DNA of 64,000 bases. It comes from an uncultured Pseudomonadales bacterium. Its GTDB lineage: Bacteria > Patescibacteriota > Microgenomatia > UBA1400 > PJMF01. The notes beneath the pieces are model-generated. The model searched no databases, was not told the origin of the DNA, and was given only the letters and a program-made list of their open reading frames with translations. Shown one piece after another: positions 9,981-20,353 of this stretch. How positions within the stretch are numbered: the first letter of the stretch is position 1; every line of letters begins with the position of its first letter. The DNA lies in the NCBI GenBank assembly GCA_964521215.1, contig CAZFRD010000002.1, positions 10,798-74,797 of the forward strand. Reading direction: 5' to 3'. The translations under genes and the position numbers were made by a program.

Positions 9981-11885
9981 TTAAATTGGCAGATCCCAAG
10001 CTGAGTTCCAATTCTCCGATCCACAAGGATTGATTCCACTAAGAGTTTGCCTAGCTAATTCACCGGCTATCACGTCAATGTTGTCCTGAGGGTCGGCCAG
10101 GTTCTTAAGTCGATATTTTTCCTTCTCTGTTAAACCTTGAGCTATTGCCAATGCATAGAATGCCTGCTCCATGTTTAGACTAACACCATTTTCTCTAGCA
10201 ATTTTAATAATTTGTATTGTTTTATGAATGTTTTGACGCATTAACTCTGCAACTTGTTTTTCGACCTCTTCTGTTTGAAAAGTAACCTTCAATATATCTT
10301 GTACCCATTCTAACCATGAAACAAATACCCCACCAGCGTTACTCAAAATTCCTGGAATTCTGAGGACTTCAAGATCATCTAACTTTTCTGCAGCCAATGG
10401 TGTAGTTGCACCATTGGCCAACTCCAATATGACTACTCCTCTTGGTACGAATTCAGCTGTTTTTTCATTGAGCGTCGACTGTGTTGCAGCCTCAACTATA
10501 ATGTCTGGTAGATTGTCTTGCCAATATCGACATACAGAATCCGCAAGCTCGGTTACTCGTTCTTTTTGATCATGAGATTTGGGTTCAGCATACACTCTGA
10601 TGTTTCTTCCTTTAGCTTGTTGGTCTCTTGCCCAATCAGCGATGTTCCCTCGCTGATTGACACTTACCTCGAACATTTCTTGGGCATCAGTCTCGGTAAA
10701 TCCCTCTGGACAATGCAAGATTGAATGAATGTCTGCAATCCCAGTCACTATCATTCCCGCTCTACAAGCTTCTTCTATTGTTCTTTTTGAAGCACTCCCG
10801 CATCCACGAAAGAATACTTTCTTGCCAACTAAAACAAAACTCATTATCATTGCCAATGCCTTGAGACTCTCCCATCCACCCAGCCCCGTTGCATCTTTTC
10901 GTGCTTCCAAACCACCATCTTGTTTTCCCGTCACTGTGGCTCTGGATTTTATGATCTCATCATTAGAAGCCCCACTTTCGCGTAGGGCTCTTTGAATGCC
11001 ATTAACCAAGTATTCAATTACTGGTTTACCATTTAGACTACCAGTGGTGTTTTTATCTCCCGCCATTCTATCCAGCAATGGACCAATCGCGCCTGCCTTC
11101 ATCCATTCATAGCCACATGCTTCTAGTGCCAAAGCTATAAGTTTCATTTCATCAAGTGGATTTAATTGATCAGGTACTCCAATAATAATATCGGCTTTGG
11201 CACCTCCCGCAATTTCAAAACTGTCAAGCTGAGGTAATAAGTCTGGTCGACCCTGATATTTCAATAATTCACCCAGGTGTGCTTTTAGATTAAGACCAAG
11301 ATTTTTTGGTACCATTGCAGCTGCTAAAGCTCTTGCCTCATCAAGTAGGTCAGCTAATATTTTTATCAATAGAATAAATTCTGTACCATTATTCATATTT
11401 GGGGGAATGACATCATCTACGATGAGTTCTCCTCCCCCACCTAGAAAGCCAGATTGAACCATATTTGCAAATGAATTTGCATGTCCCTCGGGAGTGTCTT
11501 GCTCTTCGCGTAAAAACCTTCCCTTCACTAGACTTACCCTTACACCTCCACCAACCAGGTAAGCAACATCTTCACTCACAGCACCTCTTGAAACAACATT
11601 GTCCTGAACTCTTCTACCCAAGACTTTATATCTAATACCGTTTAAGTAAACCTTAGCTTCAACTTCAAATTCTCCTGTGGATTTTATCCAATCTTCTTGA
11701 AAATTAAAGTCTTTAGGTATTGATGATATGCCAAATAATTCAGAAAGTTTCGGGTCATGAAGCTTTAATAATTTCTTTAATATTTCAAAACCCATAAATT
11801 GTCTATACGTTTCTGCAGAAGCAAAACCAAACTCCATCATGCTTAATTTAGTAATTACAAAATTTTCTTGATTTTCCACAAACAT
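9981..11885 (-). CDS. Glu/Leu/Phe/Val dehydrogenase superfamily protein (divergent, 634 aa)
   Basis: The C-terminal region ANGATTPLAAEKL...IPGILSNAGGVFVSWLEWVQ matches the ELFV_dehydrog NAD-binding domain. The N-terminal domain aligns loosely to the GDH dimerisation/catalytic domain, but the GGxKGG lysine motif appears as GGGGEL. Confidence 0.55.
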   Translation of the reverse strand: MFVENQENFVITKLSMMEFGFASAETYRQFMGFEILKKLLKLHDPKLSELFGISSIPKDFNFQEDWIKSTGEFEVEAKVYLNGIRYKVLGRRVQDNVVSRGAVSEDVAYLVGGGVRVSLVKGRFLREEQDTPEGHANSFANMVQSGFLGGGGELIVDDVIPPNMNNGTEFILLIKILADLLDEARALAAAMVPKNLGLNLKAHLGELLKYQGRPDLLPQLDSFEIAGGAKADIIIGVPDQLNPLDEMKLIALALEACGYEWMKAGAIGPLLDRMAGDKNTTGSLNGKPVIEYLVNGIQRALRESGASNDEIIKSRATVTGKQDGGLEARKDATGLGGWESLKALAMIMSFVLVGKKVFFRGCGSASKRTIEEACRAGMIVTGIADIHSILHCPEGFTETDAQEMFEVSVNQRGNIADWARDQQAKGRNIRVYAEPKSHDQKERVTELADSVCRYWQDNLPDIIVEAATQSTLNEKTAEFVPRGVVILELANGATTPLAAEKLDDLEVLRIPGILSNAGGVFVSWLEWVQDILKVTFQTEEVEKQVAELMRQNIHKTIQIIKIARENGVSLNMEQAFYALAIAQGLTEKEKYRLKNLADPQDNIDVIAGELARQTLSGINPCGSENWNSAWDLPI

Positions 11886-11918
11886 AACTATTATTATAGT
11901 ACTATGCTAGATACACAG

Positions 11919-12224
11919 TCAATATGTATTTTTTTTCAGTTGTTTTAACTTCCACATAAATAATTTTGCCTTACTTTTCGCAGTGGTGGCATCGAGCACA
12001 AAGGTGCGTGCTTTTTCTAATAAATGACGGGGTAATGTCTTTGCCATTTTAATATACAAACTTTTATGTTTTTCGTCATTTAACTCACAGGCTAAACGAT
12101 AGCCAAAATCCTGAAATTCCTGAGTAATATATCCGCCCTTATCCTCAACTTGGTAATTATCAAACAACGACCCAACCGTCGCAAATGAAGATTTTTGTTT
12201 GGTTATTTTTCTAGTGTCAGTCAC
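11919..12224 (-). CDS. Hypothetical protein
   Basis: 101-aa basic ORF in an operon position upstream of the dehydrogenase. No recognisable motif. Confidence 0.3.
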   Translation of the reverse strand: MTDTRKITKQKSSFATVGSLFDNYQVEDKGGYITQEFQDFGYRLACELNDEKHKSLYIKMAKTLPRHLLEKARTFVLDATTAKSKAKLFMWKLKQLKKNTY

Positions 12225-13434
12225 TCAGCTTCTCCCTGAGCAATAAAGTTGCCATTGCTCCAATGGCTGCCATGATAAACAGCAATTTCCAACTGCCACT
12301 TGTGAGTAACACAACCAACACCAGAAGCCAAAAAACAGACATGGCCAAAGCTTGAAGTAATTCATGGTAAACAAAAAAGGAGTGAGCTTGCGAGCCTTTA
12401 CCACGTTTGTACCAAATCGTATCAAAAAACAGCCAATGATAATTTCCACTGACTCTGTCGAGCGTATCTGCCAAGGCCACACCCCAAAATGAAAATATTT
12501 GGGTTCGTAATAACCAAGTTAAAGCAATGGTCACACCAGTAATTTTAAAAGGCGTACGACTGGTGAGCGAATCTAGTTTGAAGGTAGAAACCACAGTAAT
12601 GATCAGAGCTAGAAATAAGGCGATAGTAGCGAGAAACCCCACTCTTTCAACTGTACCAAAAAGAGTGAATAAGTAAAATGGCCAGATAAAAAGCATAATG
12701 TCATAAAAGTATCTACCGATGATAGCTAAGCTGAATCGCTCATAGCTTTTTTCGCTCAACCAATTTTTGAATTCTTGAAAGCTGACCGTATCCAAATCAC
12801 AACTATCAGAGATAAGTAGCACGACACAGAGACTTAAAGTCACACCCACTAGTCCCAGAAAAAACACAAACTGAAAACCAACTTGGGTATTCAGCAATCC
12901 TGAGATGGCTGGAGTAATTGCTCCAATCAACAATAGTAAAATTTGCAGAGTACCAAGATTGGACCCCAACTCTTTTTTGGGTGAGTTATTTGCCAACAAT
13001 GTGTGGTAGGCAGGCCAGTAAAGAGTGACCTGCAATGCTTCCATTACGATACTGACAAAGATAGCCATGGGAAATATGACCGACAAAAATAAACTTAAAA
13101 ATGATAACAATCTAAAAATATAGGAGTAAACTAACGAACGCTGGTAGCCAATCTGGCTTGTAATTTTCCCCACTGGTATTACTAAGCAGACAATCAGAAG
13201 TTTACTGAAAATAAAATAACCAGCCAAAGTGAGGATGCCTGCCTGCCATTGGGTGAGCATCAGAGAACTAGGGAGTAATCTGGTTCCCAATTGAAATAAG
13301 TAAATTGGGAAAAAAAAGAATACTAACTTATTGACTAAATCTCGAATGACTCTTTCGTAGTAGAGGAGCTGAAGATCTCTTGAAGAAAAAAAGTACCTTT
13401 TCGGAAGATTTAATAAATGTACCAGACTTCTCAT
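12217..13434 (-). CDS. Polytopic membrane protein (about 10-12 TM), possible transporter
   Basis: 405 aa and highly hydrophobic throughout. No diagnostic motif recognised. Confidence 0.4.
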   Translation of the reverse strand: MRSLVHLLNLPKRYFFSSRDLQLLYYERVIRDLVNKLVFFFFPIYLFQLGTRLLPSSLMLTQWQAGILTLAGYFIFSKLLIVCLVIPVGKITSQIGYQRSLVYSYIFRLLSFLSLFLSVIFPMAIFVSIVMEALQVTLYWPAYHTLLANNSPKKELGSNLGTLQILLLLIGAITPAISGLLNTQVGFQFVFFLGLVGVTLSLCVVLLISDSCDLDTVSFQEFKNWLSEKSYERFSLAIIGRYFYDIMLFIWPFYLFTLFGTVERVGFLATIALFLALIITVVSTFKLDSLTSRTPFKITGVTIALTWLLRTQIFSFWGVALADTLDRVSGNYHWLFFDTIWYKRGKGSQAHSFFVYHELLQALAMSVFWLLVLVVLLTSGSWKLLFIMAAIGAMATLLLREKLSD

Positions 13435-13961
13435 AGCGTATTTAGTTTCAACTTCAGTTGCGGAATTAATGTGAGCAAGACCTGCTCCAGCCTAACCACT
13501 TCATCACCAATAAATGGCTGGAGCACATATTGTTGGCCAGGAATCTCTCTTGCGCCGTTGCGACCATCGATGCCAATTCTGATATGCCAAAATGAAGCGG
13601 AGCCCCAGGTTTGATATAACGAGAGCAAACCATTGTGCTCATGTGGCCCTTTGCCAAACTGAATTTTATATTCTCCAAGCGGAATGTCCAAATCGTCATG
13701 AGCAACAAACAAGTCTTCATTTTGAATTTTGGGATGTTTTTTTTTGATATATGCCAAAGATTCTCCTGAGCGATTCATGTAAGTCGTTGGTAAAACATAT
13801 AAAGTTGATTTGTCTGAGCTTTCTGCCAGTTTGGCTTGAGCGGTTTTGTTGGACTTCCAAACCAGCTTATCAGCCAGTTGAGAGACTAAATTTGCACCAA
13901 CATTATGTCTGGTAAACTGATAAGTTTTTCCTGGGTTACCTAGCCCGATTACGACTTGCAT
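13431..13961 (-). CDS. pth: Peptidyl-tRNA hydrolase
   Basis: N-terminus MQVVIGLGNPGKTYQFTRHNVG is the canonical Pth signature. The 176-aa length fits. Confidence 0.9.
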   Translation of the reverse strand: MQVVIGLGNPGKTYQFTRHNVGANLVSQLADKLVWKSNKTAQAKLAESSDKSTLYVLPTTYMNRSGESLAYIKKKHPKIQNEDLFVAHDDLDIPLGEYKIQFGKGPHEHNGLLSLYQTWGSASFWHIRIGIDGRNGAREIPGQQYVLQPFIGDEVVRLEQVLLTLIPQLKLKLNTL

Positions 13962-14001
13962 ATGGTCAAAATCATAACATGATCAATCACCATATATAAT
14001 A

Positions 14002-14883
14002 GTGTCCGTGAAAACAAAAACTCCTGCTATTGATTTTTCGATTATCATTCCCACTCTCAATGAGGAAAAATATTTACCCCATTTGCTTAAGGACTTGGCT
14101 GAGCAATCTTTTCCCAAAGATCGCTTCGAGGTGATTGTGGTTGATGGTAACTCCAAAGATAACACGATCAATGAGGCACAAAAACTTTCTAGCGCTTTGC
14201 AATTGGTGACGATTTCAGCTAAAACCGCCAACGTCTCAACTCAAAGAAACCTCGGGGTCAAAAAAGCCACTGCCAAGTGGGTGATTTTTATGGATGCAGA
14301 CAACCGCATTCCTCCGGCTTTTCTGGATGGCATTAAATATCAGTTAGCGACAAAACAGCATACCGACTGTTTCACCTGTTGGGTAGAAGAATCGGGTTAC
14401 AAAACTGCAGATAAACCCTTAATTACCATGCTCAATCTATTAACCGAAGTACTTGCTATGTTTAAACCTGGAGCCATGGGCGCATTAATTGGTGCAAAAC
14501 ACACATTGGCAAGCAAATATCCTTTTAACCACAAACTGGCAATCTCTGAAGATTACGAATTTATCGGCAAATTAGTCAGGTCAGGGCATCGATTTACAGT
14601 ATTTCGCTTTCCTCGTTACCACTACAGCTTACGTAGATTTGAACGCGAAGGCGTGCTTAAACTTGCTCGAGTTTACACCAAAGCACAACTCTATGTGCTC
14701 ATGGGTCGTCAGATCAAAAACGGTGAAATTGATTACCAAATGGGTGGTGATGCTCATGTGCCAAAATCAGCGTGGCATCAAACCAACCTCAAACAACTGC
14801 AGAGCAATATCACCGATTTGTTAAAGAATCACAAAAAAACTGCCCAAAAAATTCTCAACTGGCTAAACCAAGACCAAATTTAG
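14002..14883 (+). CDS. Glycosyltransferase family 2
   Basis: FSIIIPTLNEEKYL...EVIVVDGNSKDNT and a DAD/DXD motif (FMDADN) are typical of GT2 enzymes. Confidence 0.8.
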   Translation: MSVKTKTPAIDFSIIIPTLNEEKYLPHLLKDLAEQSFPKDRFEVIVVDGNSKDNTINEAQKLSSALQLVTISAKTANVSTQRNLGVKKATAKWVIFMDADNRIPPAFLDGIKYQLATKQHTDCFTCWVEESGYKTADKPLITMLNLLTEVLAMFKPGAMGALIGAKHTLASKYPFNHKLAISEDYEFIGKLVRSGHRFTVFRFPRYHYSLRRFEREGVLKLARVYTKAQLYVLMGRQIKNGEIDYQMGGDAHVPKSAWHQTNLKQLQSNITDLLKNHKKTAQKILNWLNQDQI

Positions 14884-15192
14884 CTACTTTTTTTCAATCG
14901 TTACATGTAACGAGCGTAACCAATAAAAACTGGCGGCAATAATAATTCCATAGATCACGAGCGAAGCCAGTGACTCCCAAACACTACTTTTCATTTGAGG
15001 AAACAACACTTGTAAATCAAAAACCGCCACGATGCCGATGGGGGTCAGACTGCGGTTAATCACAACCTGAATCAGCAAAGTAATAATGTGTAAAATCGCC
15101 GAAATCTGATACAAAATTGCCACTGCCACTAAGAAATGTTGCCATGGCCGATTTACTACCGTTTTTTTCATCATGCAAAGTATACAATACAA
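14884..15192 (-). CDS. Small hydrophobic membrane protein (hypothetical)
   Basis: 102 aa with 2-3 TM helices. Its stop codon directly abuts the stop of the convergent GT2 gene. Confidence 0.3.
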   Translation of the reverse strand: MYCILCMMKKTVVNRPWQHFLVAVAILYQISAILHIITLLIQVVINRSLTPIGIVAVFDLQVLFPQMKSSVWESLASLVIYGIIIAASFYWLRSLHVTIEKK

Positions 15193-16321
15193 TCACATGC
15201 CAGTAGCTAGATCGACACCTATTTTGCTTGTCTCCTCCAGCGAAGGTCATTTAAGTTTGGCTAATGCCATCAAAGCTGGGCTGAGAGACCGAGGATTCAC
15301 TTCGATTAGTTTATTTGTTGAAAATTCGGCCGTGCTACCTTATCGACTTTACTATCGCTACGCACCGTGGTTGCATAGCTTAGTCAGTCTGATACTTGGT
15401 TCAAAATTTTTTCTAGGTTTACTGAGGCTTTTATTAACGATTAATTACGCCAACTTAACTAAAAAGATTATTAAAAAACATCAACCAAAGATTGTCATTT
15501 CTACCAACTATGCATTTAATCCTACTTTTGAATCGCTCCATCGCAAGAGAATTTTAAAATATTTCTCGGTCATCTGTGACCCACGCAGTTATAACTTAAT
15601 TAATGTGGCTCAAGCTGGTTGTTTTAACTTAGTGTTTGATGATAAACAAAAAACAATCATTGACCATGATTTTCCTCATACTCAAAATTTGGTCACCGGC
15701 TGGTTTGTGCGACCTGAATTTCAACCTCCAACTACGGTGGCTGGAGCTAAAAAAGCAGTGGGAATAGATCCCAATAAATTTTGCGCCTTATTTGTGGCTG
15801 GCTCAGAAGGTATGCAACGCATCCAAAAAACAGTTAAGGCGTTGGCCGAAACCGAAACTGCCATGACAATTTTGGTGGCCTGCGGTAGAAATAAACTGCT
15901 TTATCAGACTATTGAGCGATTGGGTCAGCAACTTGCCCACTCCCCCCTCAGCCTTAAGCCTCTGGGATTTACTTTGGATATAGCACCATATTTTCAAGCT
16001 GCCGATGTGGTAGTGGGCAAGGCTGGTCCCAATATGATTTTTGAAGCCATCGCTTGCCACAAACCATTTATTGCCACCACTTCGTTGGCTGGTCAGGAGG
16101 CAGGTAACTTGGATTTGATCAAGGAGTTGGGAATTGGGTTTGTGGAAACTGATGCCGATAAGGCGGCAGAATTAATTGTTAGTCTAATTAATAGTCCAGA
16201 AAAAATTACCAGACTCCAACCTAATATAAACAAGTTGGCCGAATTTAACCAAAAATCAGTTGATCGGCTGGTAGAAATAATTGATGCTAACCCCCCACAA
16301 GTGACGCCTTCAGTGCGTTAG
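15173..16321 (+). CDS. MurG/UgtP-like glycosyltransferase (GT28/GT-B fold)
   Basis: 382 aa. The N-terminal Gly-His region (SSEGHLSLANAIKAGL) and the C-terminal donor-binding region (VVGKAGPNMIFEAIACHKPFIA...QEAGN) resemble MurG/MGDG-synthase-type GT-B enzymes. Confidence 0.5.
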   Translation: MQSIQYNHMPVARSTPILLVSSSEGHLSLANAIKAGLRDRGFTSISLFVENSAVLPYRLYYRYAPWLHSLVSLILGSKFFLGLLRLLLTINYANLTKKIIKKHQPKIVISTNYAFNPTFESLHRKRILKYFSVICDPRSYNLINVAQAGCFNLVFDDKQKTIIDHDFPHTQNLVTGWFVRPEFQPPTTVAGAKKAVGIDPNKFCALFVAGSEGMQRIQKTVKALAETETAMTILVACGRNKLLYQTIERLGQQLAHSPLSLKPLGFTLDIAPYFQAADVVVGKAGPNMIFEAIACHKPFIATTSLAGQEAGNLDLIKELGIGFVETDADKAAELIVSLINSPEKITRLQPNINKLAEFNQKSVDRLVEIIDANPPQVTPSVR

Positions 16322-17774
16322 TTAATCCCTCGATATTCCACATTGCATCGTAATGATTCCCTCCTTGAATAAGGGTAACGATGGTCTTCAAACCAGGAAA
16401 TAAACTAGCAGCTCTCCTTTCAAAAAATGATTGCGTGCGTTCAGAAATATGTTTAGTCCGAGAATCAGTTGGGTCTACAGTAGTAGCACCCACAACATAG
16501 ACCAAGCTAATTGGAACTTGGAAGTCTGTTAGTTTCTTTCTGACTTCTTTAGTAGTATCTTCTTTCAAAGCTGATGTGTTAGGAATCGCAAGAGACGTAT
16601 CGCCTTCAAGTCCAGACCTCCGCGCTTCGTTGACCATCCAAGCAGGATTTATTTTTAGGTAACCCATTGCCAATTGTGAAGGTAGTTTTAAGCCTGCTGG
16701 TCCCTCTGGTGTATCCCAAGAGTTCAACATTGCTCGAATCATATAGGCAAGAGATTGCGCACGAGAGATTTGCATATTCTCTGGTAATAAATTTCTTGCG
16801 TAGTTGTAAGGATCAGTAATTCCTTTTTGAGCTACTCGAAGATCAATATTAGGATTGCTACCAATTGCCGGTTCTAACAATATTAACTTAGGTTTGAAAC
16901 CCTTATCCAAAAAACGATCAGCCATCATGATTGCCTGATTAGCTCCAGCAGAAAAACCTGTCAAACAAATATTACTGGAGAGTTTCACACCTGCTTGCTC
17001 GAGTGCAGTCATCATAATATCAGCTGCGGGACCTAAGTCATTAGTCATCGCAGGATTGACTGGGTATCCGGTTTTCGTCGTACCTGACAAATGAGGCATC
17101 ACTATTACCCGTCGCACTTTTCCTTTTAATGCTTCGTTTTTGGCGAGAATATCACTGATTTGTGCCGCAAAACCTATATTGCTCAATGCATCGGTGGCGC
17201 CGCCACCAAATAAAATTAAGTCAATTCCTTCTCCAGCTTTTTCTTTCGATTGGTCAACGTCACCGCTATCTTTCAAACATGGAACTTCATGAATATAAAA
17301 TTTAACCACTGATGCTGCCGTTGGAGGTAAAAGATCAACATCTCTGTCCAACTTCTCTGCTAATTTTCCAGGGCGTTGGTTTGCTAACAAATCACTCACC
17401 TTAATAGTCGAAAAAACCACTTCAGTATGCTCTATACAAGAAAAAAACCGATCTTCGAATTTGAATCCCACCGAATCATTCAACTCGTTCCACGCCTTTT
17501 TTTTATTTGCAGCCAGTTGTTTTGATTCTTCCGACCGAAGCCGATCCAGTTTACCTGCTAATAAATTAAGAGGAATTGATAGTAGTCGCCTAATTCCGTT
17601 TTTTCGCTCTGGTGATTTTGAATCTACCTTGGACCTATCGGTCTCATACCTATCTAGGGGAACTTGCAATCCTCTGGGTTGCTGATGAATTGGTTCTGGT
17701 GGATCGGTCTCTTTTTTTAATCGTCTTTGCTCAAGATTACTTGCGTAGTCAATTTGAAGAGCCAATTCATTCAT
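16287..17774 (-). CDS. Alpha/beta-hydrolase fold protein with N-terminal extension
   Basis: GFSAG nucleophile elbow (GxSxG) and a C-terminal GGNHYD His region. The N-terminal ~170 aa are charged with no recognisable motif. Confidence 0.5.
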   Translation of the reverse strand: MNELALQIDYASNLEQRRLKKETDPPEPIHQQPRGLQVPLDRYETDRSKVDSKSPERKNGIRRLLSIPLNLLAGKLDRLRSEESKQLAANKKKAWNELNDSVGFKFEDRFFSCIEHTEVVFSTIKVSDLLANQRPGKLAEKLDRDVDLLPPTAASVVKFYIHEVPCLKDSGDVDQSKEKAGEGIDLILFGGGATDALSNIGFAAQISDILAKNEALKGKVRRVIVMPHLSGTTKTGYPVNPAMTNDLGPAADIMMTALEQAGVKLSSNICLTGFSAGANQAIMMADRFLDKGFKPKLILLEPAIGSNPNIDLRVAQKGITDPYNYARNLLPENMQISRAQSLAYMIRAMLNSWDTPEGPAGLKLPSQLAMGYLKINPAWMVNEARRSGLEGDTSLAIPNTSALKEDTTKEVRKKLTDFQVPISLVYVVGATTVDPTDSRTKHISERTQSFFERRAASLFPGLKTIVTLIQGGNHYDAMWNIEGLTNALKASLVGG

Positions 17775-19615
17775 GTTGTTTTTTTCCTTATTTGTTGGAT
17801 TTCAACCAAAGATGTGGCCTGATCCCAAGTTTTATCATCACGAATTTTGAGCAAGCGAGGAAAGCGCATAGCAAGACCTGCGCTGTGAACAGGAGATTCG
17901 GTCAGTTCGTCGGCGGCGACCTCGATGACTACGGCGGGCTCCAGCCAGACATCTGGCTGGAGCGACTTATCAACTTTGCCATACTCTGCTGGTTGAGTCG
18001 CCGCCTGATGATTATCTCCCAATTGTTTTAGTTCGCTCAGCTGATCTTCGCTCATCCCCGTTCCAATCTTACCAATCGTCACCACTTTGCCTGAGTCATC
18101 CAACACTCCAGTCAAAATCGCACCCAACCCAAATTGAGTCCGCTTACCCTTACCCTTGTAATAACCCATCATCACCACATCCAAAGTATCAGCCAATTTC
18201 CCGCGTGACCCTTCAGTCTCCTTAATCTTGACCCAACGCCAACCTTTGCGCCCTGATTGATACTGACTTTCAGTTTGTTTAATCACCGCTCCTTCAAGCC
18301 CATCCGCCAAAGCAGTTTCGTGAAACTGATGCACCACTGTTGGATCATTAGTTACCACAAACGGTGTGATAAAAAAACTGCCTCTACTATTTAACTGATT
18401 AGTTGGGCCAAAAATTGAAAATAAGTCGCTCAATATTTTTTTTCTTTCGTTGAGCGGTTGTGCAAGTAAGCTTGTTCCGTTCAATTCAATCACGTCAAAA
18501 ACATAAAATCTGATGGGCACAGCTTGGGCTTGATTTTCCACCTCGTGTTTACGTTTGCGGGTGATGGTTTCTTGAAAAACTTTTAATTTGCCAGTTTGCG
18601 GATCAAAACCAATTGCCTCACAATCCAAAATGCAGGATCGACAATTTATCTGCTCGCTTAAAGTCAACAATTCCGGGAACATGTGGGTACAATCTTCCAG
18701 ACTTCTGGTAAAAGCTCTGACTACCTTTGGTTGTGTTTCATTAGTTTGGTAAAGATGGATTTGTAACCTAAGACCATCATATTTTGGTTCAACAATCACC
18801 TCTCCCAACTTCTCAATTATTTCCTGAGCGGAATTTAGACGTTGGCATAAAGCTGGCATCACCGGAGTGCCAACTTTAACCGAATAGGAGTCGAGCACAT
18901 TGTGATAATTCGGCTTTGGTTGGCGACTTTCGGTAATCCAGACTGTGGCCAAATAACCCAAATCAGCACGCTTTTCCCAGGCTTTTTCCAGCTCACTGGT
19001 CCAATTTTTATCACCACTGACCAACCAGCTTAACGAATCTAAGATCGTCATGGTGGCAAAACCGAGGCGAAGTTTACCGATGACGATGCGCGCGATGTAT
19101 CGCGCGCTCAAACCATCATTCGATTTAAATAACTCAGCCAACCGATCAAGTTTTCGCTCCTGCGATCCTTCACCTCCCTCTTGAGCAATCAAGACCAAAG
19201 AGTTAAAAATAGAAATCAACTCAGATTCTGCTAGCGAATTAGCTCGACCTCCATTTTTCATTCGATCTTCAGTCACTTTTTCAGCCACCAAACCAACATC
19301 GCCCAACTCCTGGTACAACTGCTCAACTTTCCCTAACTCGCCAACATCCGACCGTTCGCCAAACAAATTAGTCGTTCCAGTATCTTGAGCATCCTCGTTA
19401 ATCCGACTGAGGGCTCGGAGCACCATTTTGCTACTCAAATTAAACTCCAAAGACTCGTACTGAGGCACTAATCTACCTTGCAACAAATAACAGGCTGGTT
19501 GAATTTCGGCTATTTCTAACTTTTTCAGTATCTCAACCAGTTGCTCGGTCATCGCCAAGCGGGAAGGAGTTGCTTCCAGTACTTTCAGATGCTGTGCAAA
19601 GTCAACAAATTTCAT
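17771..19615 (-). CDS. lig: ATP-dependent DNA ligase
   Basis: Motif I EPKYDGLRLQIH (KxDGxR adenylation lysine). The 614-aa length fits a ligase with its DNA-binding, adenylation and OB domains. Confidence 0.85.
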   Translation of the reverse strand: MKFVDFAQHLKVLEATPSRLAMTEQLVEILKKLEIAEIQPACYLLQGRLVPQYESLEFNLSSKMVLRALSRINEDAQDTGTTNLFGERSDVGELGKVEQLYQELGDVGLVAEKVTEDRMKNGGRANSLAESELISIFNSLVLIAQEGGEGSQERKLDRLAELFKSNDGLSARYIARIVIGKLRLGFATMTILDSLSWLVSGDKNWTSELEKAWEKRADLGYLATVWITESRQPKPNYHNVLDSYSVKVGTPVMPALCQRLNSAQEIIEKLGEVIVEPKYDGLRLQIHLYQTNETQPKVVRAFTRSLEDCTHMFPELLTLSEQINCRSCILDCEAIGFDPQTGKLKVFQETITRKRKHEVENQAQAVPIRFYVFDVIELNGTSLLAQPLNERKKILSDLFSIFGPTNQLNSRGSFFITPFVVTNDPTVVHQFHETALADGLEGAVIKQTESQYQSGRKGWRWVKIKETEGSRGKLADTLDVVMMGYYKGKGKRTQFGLGAILTGVLDDSGKVVTIGKIGTGMSEDQLSELKQLGDNHQAATQPAEYGKVDKSLQPDVWLEPAVVIEVAADELTESPVHSAGLAMRFPRLLKIRDDKTWDQATSLVEIQQIRKKTT

Positions 19616-19636
19616 AATAGTATCTTCTCATCAATA

Positions 19637-20029
19637 TTATTGTAGACTAGCTAATGAAGTTGCTAAAGTATTCAACTTTTTATCAAAGGTAACCAACTTA
19701 GCGTTTCTTCCCAAACTAGTCTTCGCTAAGAGGTAGGAGTCAACAACTGAAATTGGTTTTGCTTCAAATATTGCCAACGTTTCTCTAAGTAGCGGTCGAT
19801 CACAACTAATTGACTCCAAATCAATTAGTAATGCTAACGCTTCCACAAGTTTTTTCTTTTCCATTTGATAGTTGCTGATTAGCACAAAAGCAATTTCGAC
19901 AAATATCACGTCAGTCAATTCCAAACTGCCCGCAACTGATTGACCCAACAAACTCCCAGCTTGACTCGCCAACTTGGGTTCGTCATTGGTGAGAAATCTC
20001 ACTATGATATTAGTATCAATTAAGTGCAT
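19637..20029 (-). CDS. vapC: PIN-domain toxin VapC (pair 1)
   Basis: 130 aa with N-terminus MHLIDTNIIVRFL (the PIN Asp), located immediately downstream of an AbrB-type antitoxin gene. Confidence 0.8.
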   Translation of the reverse strand: MHLIDTNIIVRFLTNDEPKLASQAGSLLGQSVAGSLELTDVIFVEIAFVLISNYQMEKKKLVEALALLIDLESISCDRPLLRETLAIFEAKPISVVDSYLLAKTSLGRNAKLVTFDKKLNTLATSLASLQ

Positions 20030-20046
20030 GCTGCAATCTGGACGAA

Positions 20047-20283
20047 CTAACTCTGTTTTTTATACCAATTTAATATTTGATTATCCCAATCTTGATCAGC
20101 TGATTTTTGTTTTGTTTTAATGCTTCCCTTCAAGTTTATAAATGTTTTTTTTGCAACAACTCGAACTTGATCTCCGACAAATGAAAAGACTACCTTATCC
20201 CCCTTTTCTAAGCCAAGGTAACGACGAATATCGAGAGGAATAGTAGCTTGACCTTTACTAGTGATAGAAGATGAATAAAACAT
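20047..20283 (-). CDS. vapB: AbrB/SpoVT-type antitoxin VapB (pair 1)
   Basis: 78 aa with the SpoVT/AbrB swapped-hairpin motif KGQATIPLDIRRYLGLEKGDKVVF. Confidence 0.75.
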   Translation of the reverse strand: MFYSSSITSKGQATIPLDIRRYLGLEKGDKVVFSFVGDQVRVVAKKTFINLKGSIKTKQKSADQDWDNQILNWYKKQS

Positions 20284-20304
20284 ATTGGAATAATGATATA
20301 CCTA

Positions 20305-20353
20305 AGTAATACCTAATGTCAACAAGTAATGATTTGTATATATAGGTATTACT
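20305..20353 (-). promoter_or_regulatory. Perfect 10-bp inverted repeat (AGTAATACCT / AGGTATTACT) bracketing a TTGACA -35 hexamer upstream of vapB; putative autoregulatory operator
   Basis: The repeat arms are at about 20305-20314 and 20344-20353. A minus-strand TTGACA lies at 20322-20317, and the vapB ATG at 20283 is about 10 nt beyond an AT-rich -10-like element. Confidence 0.35.
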
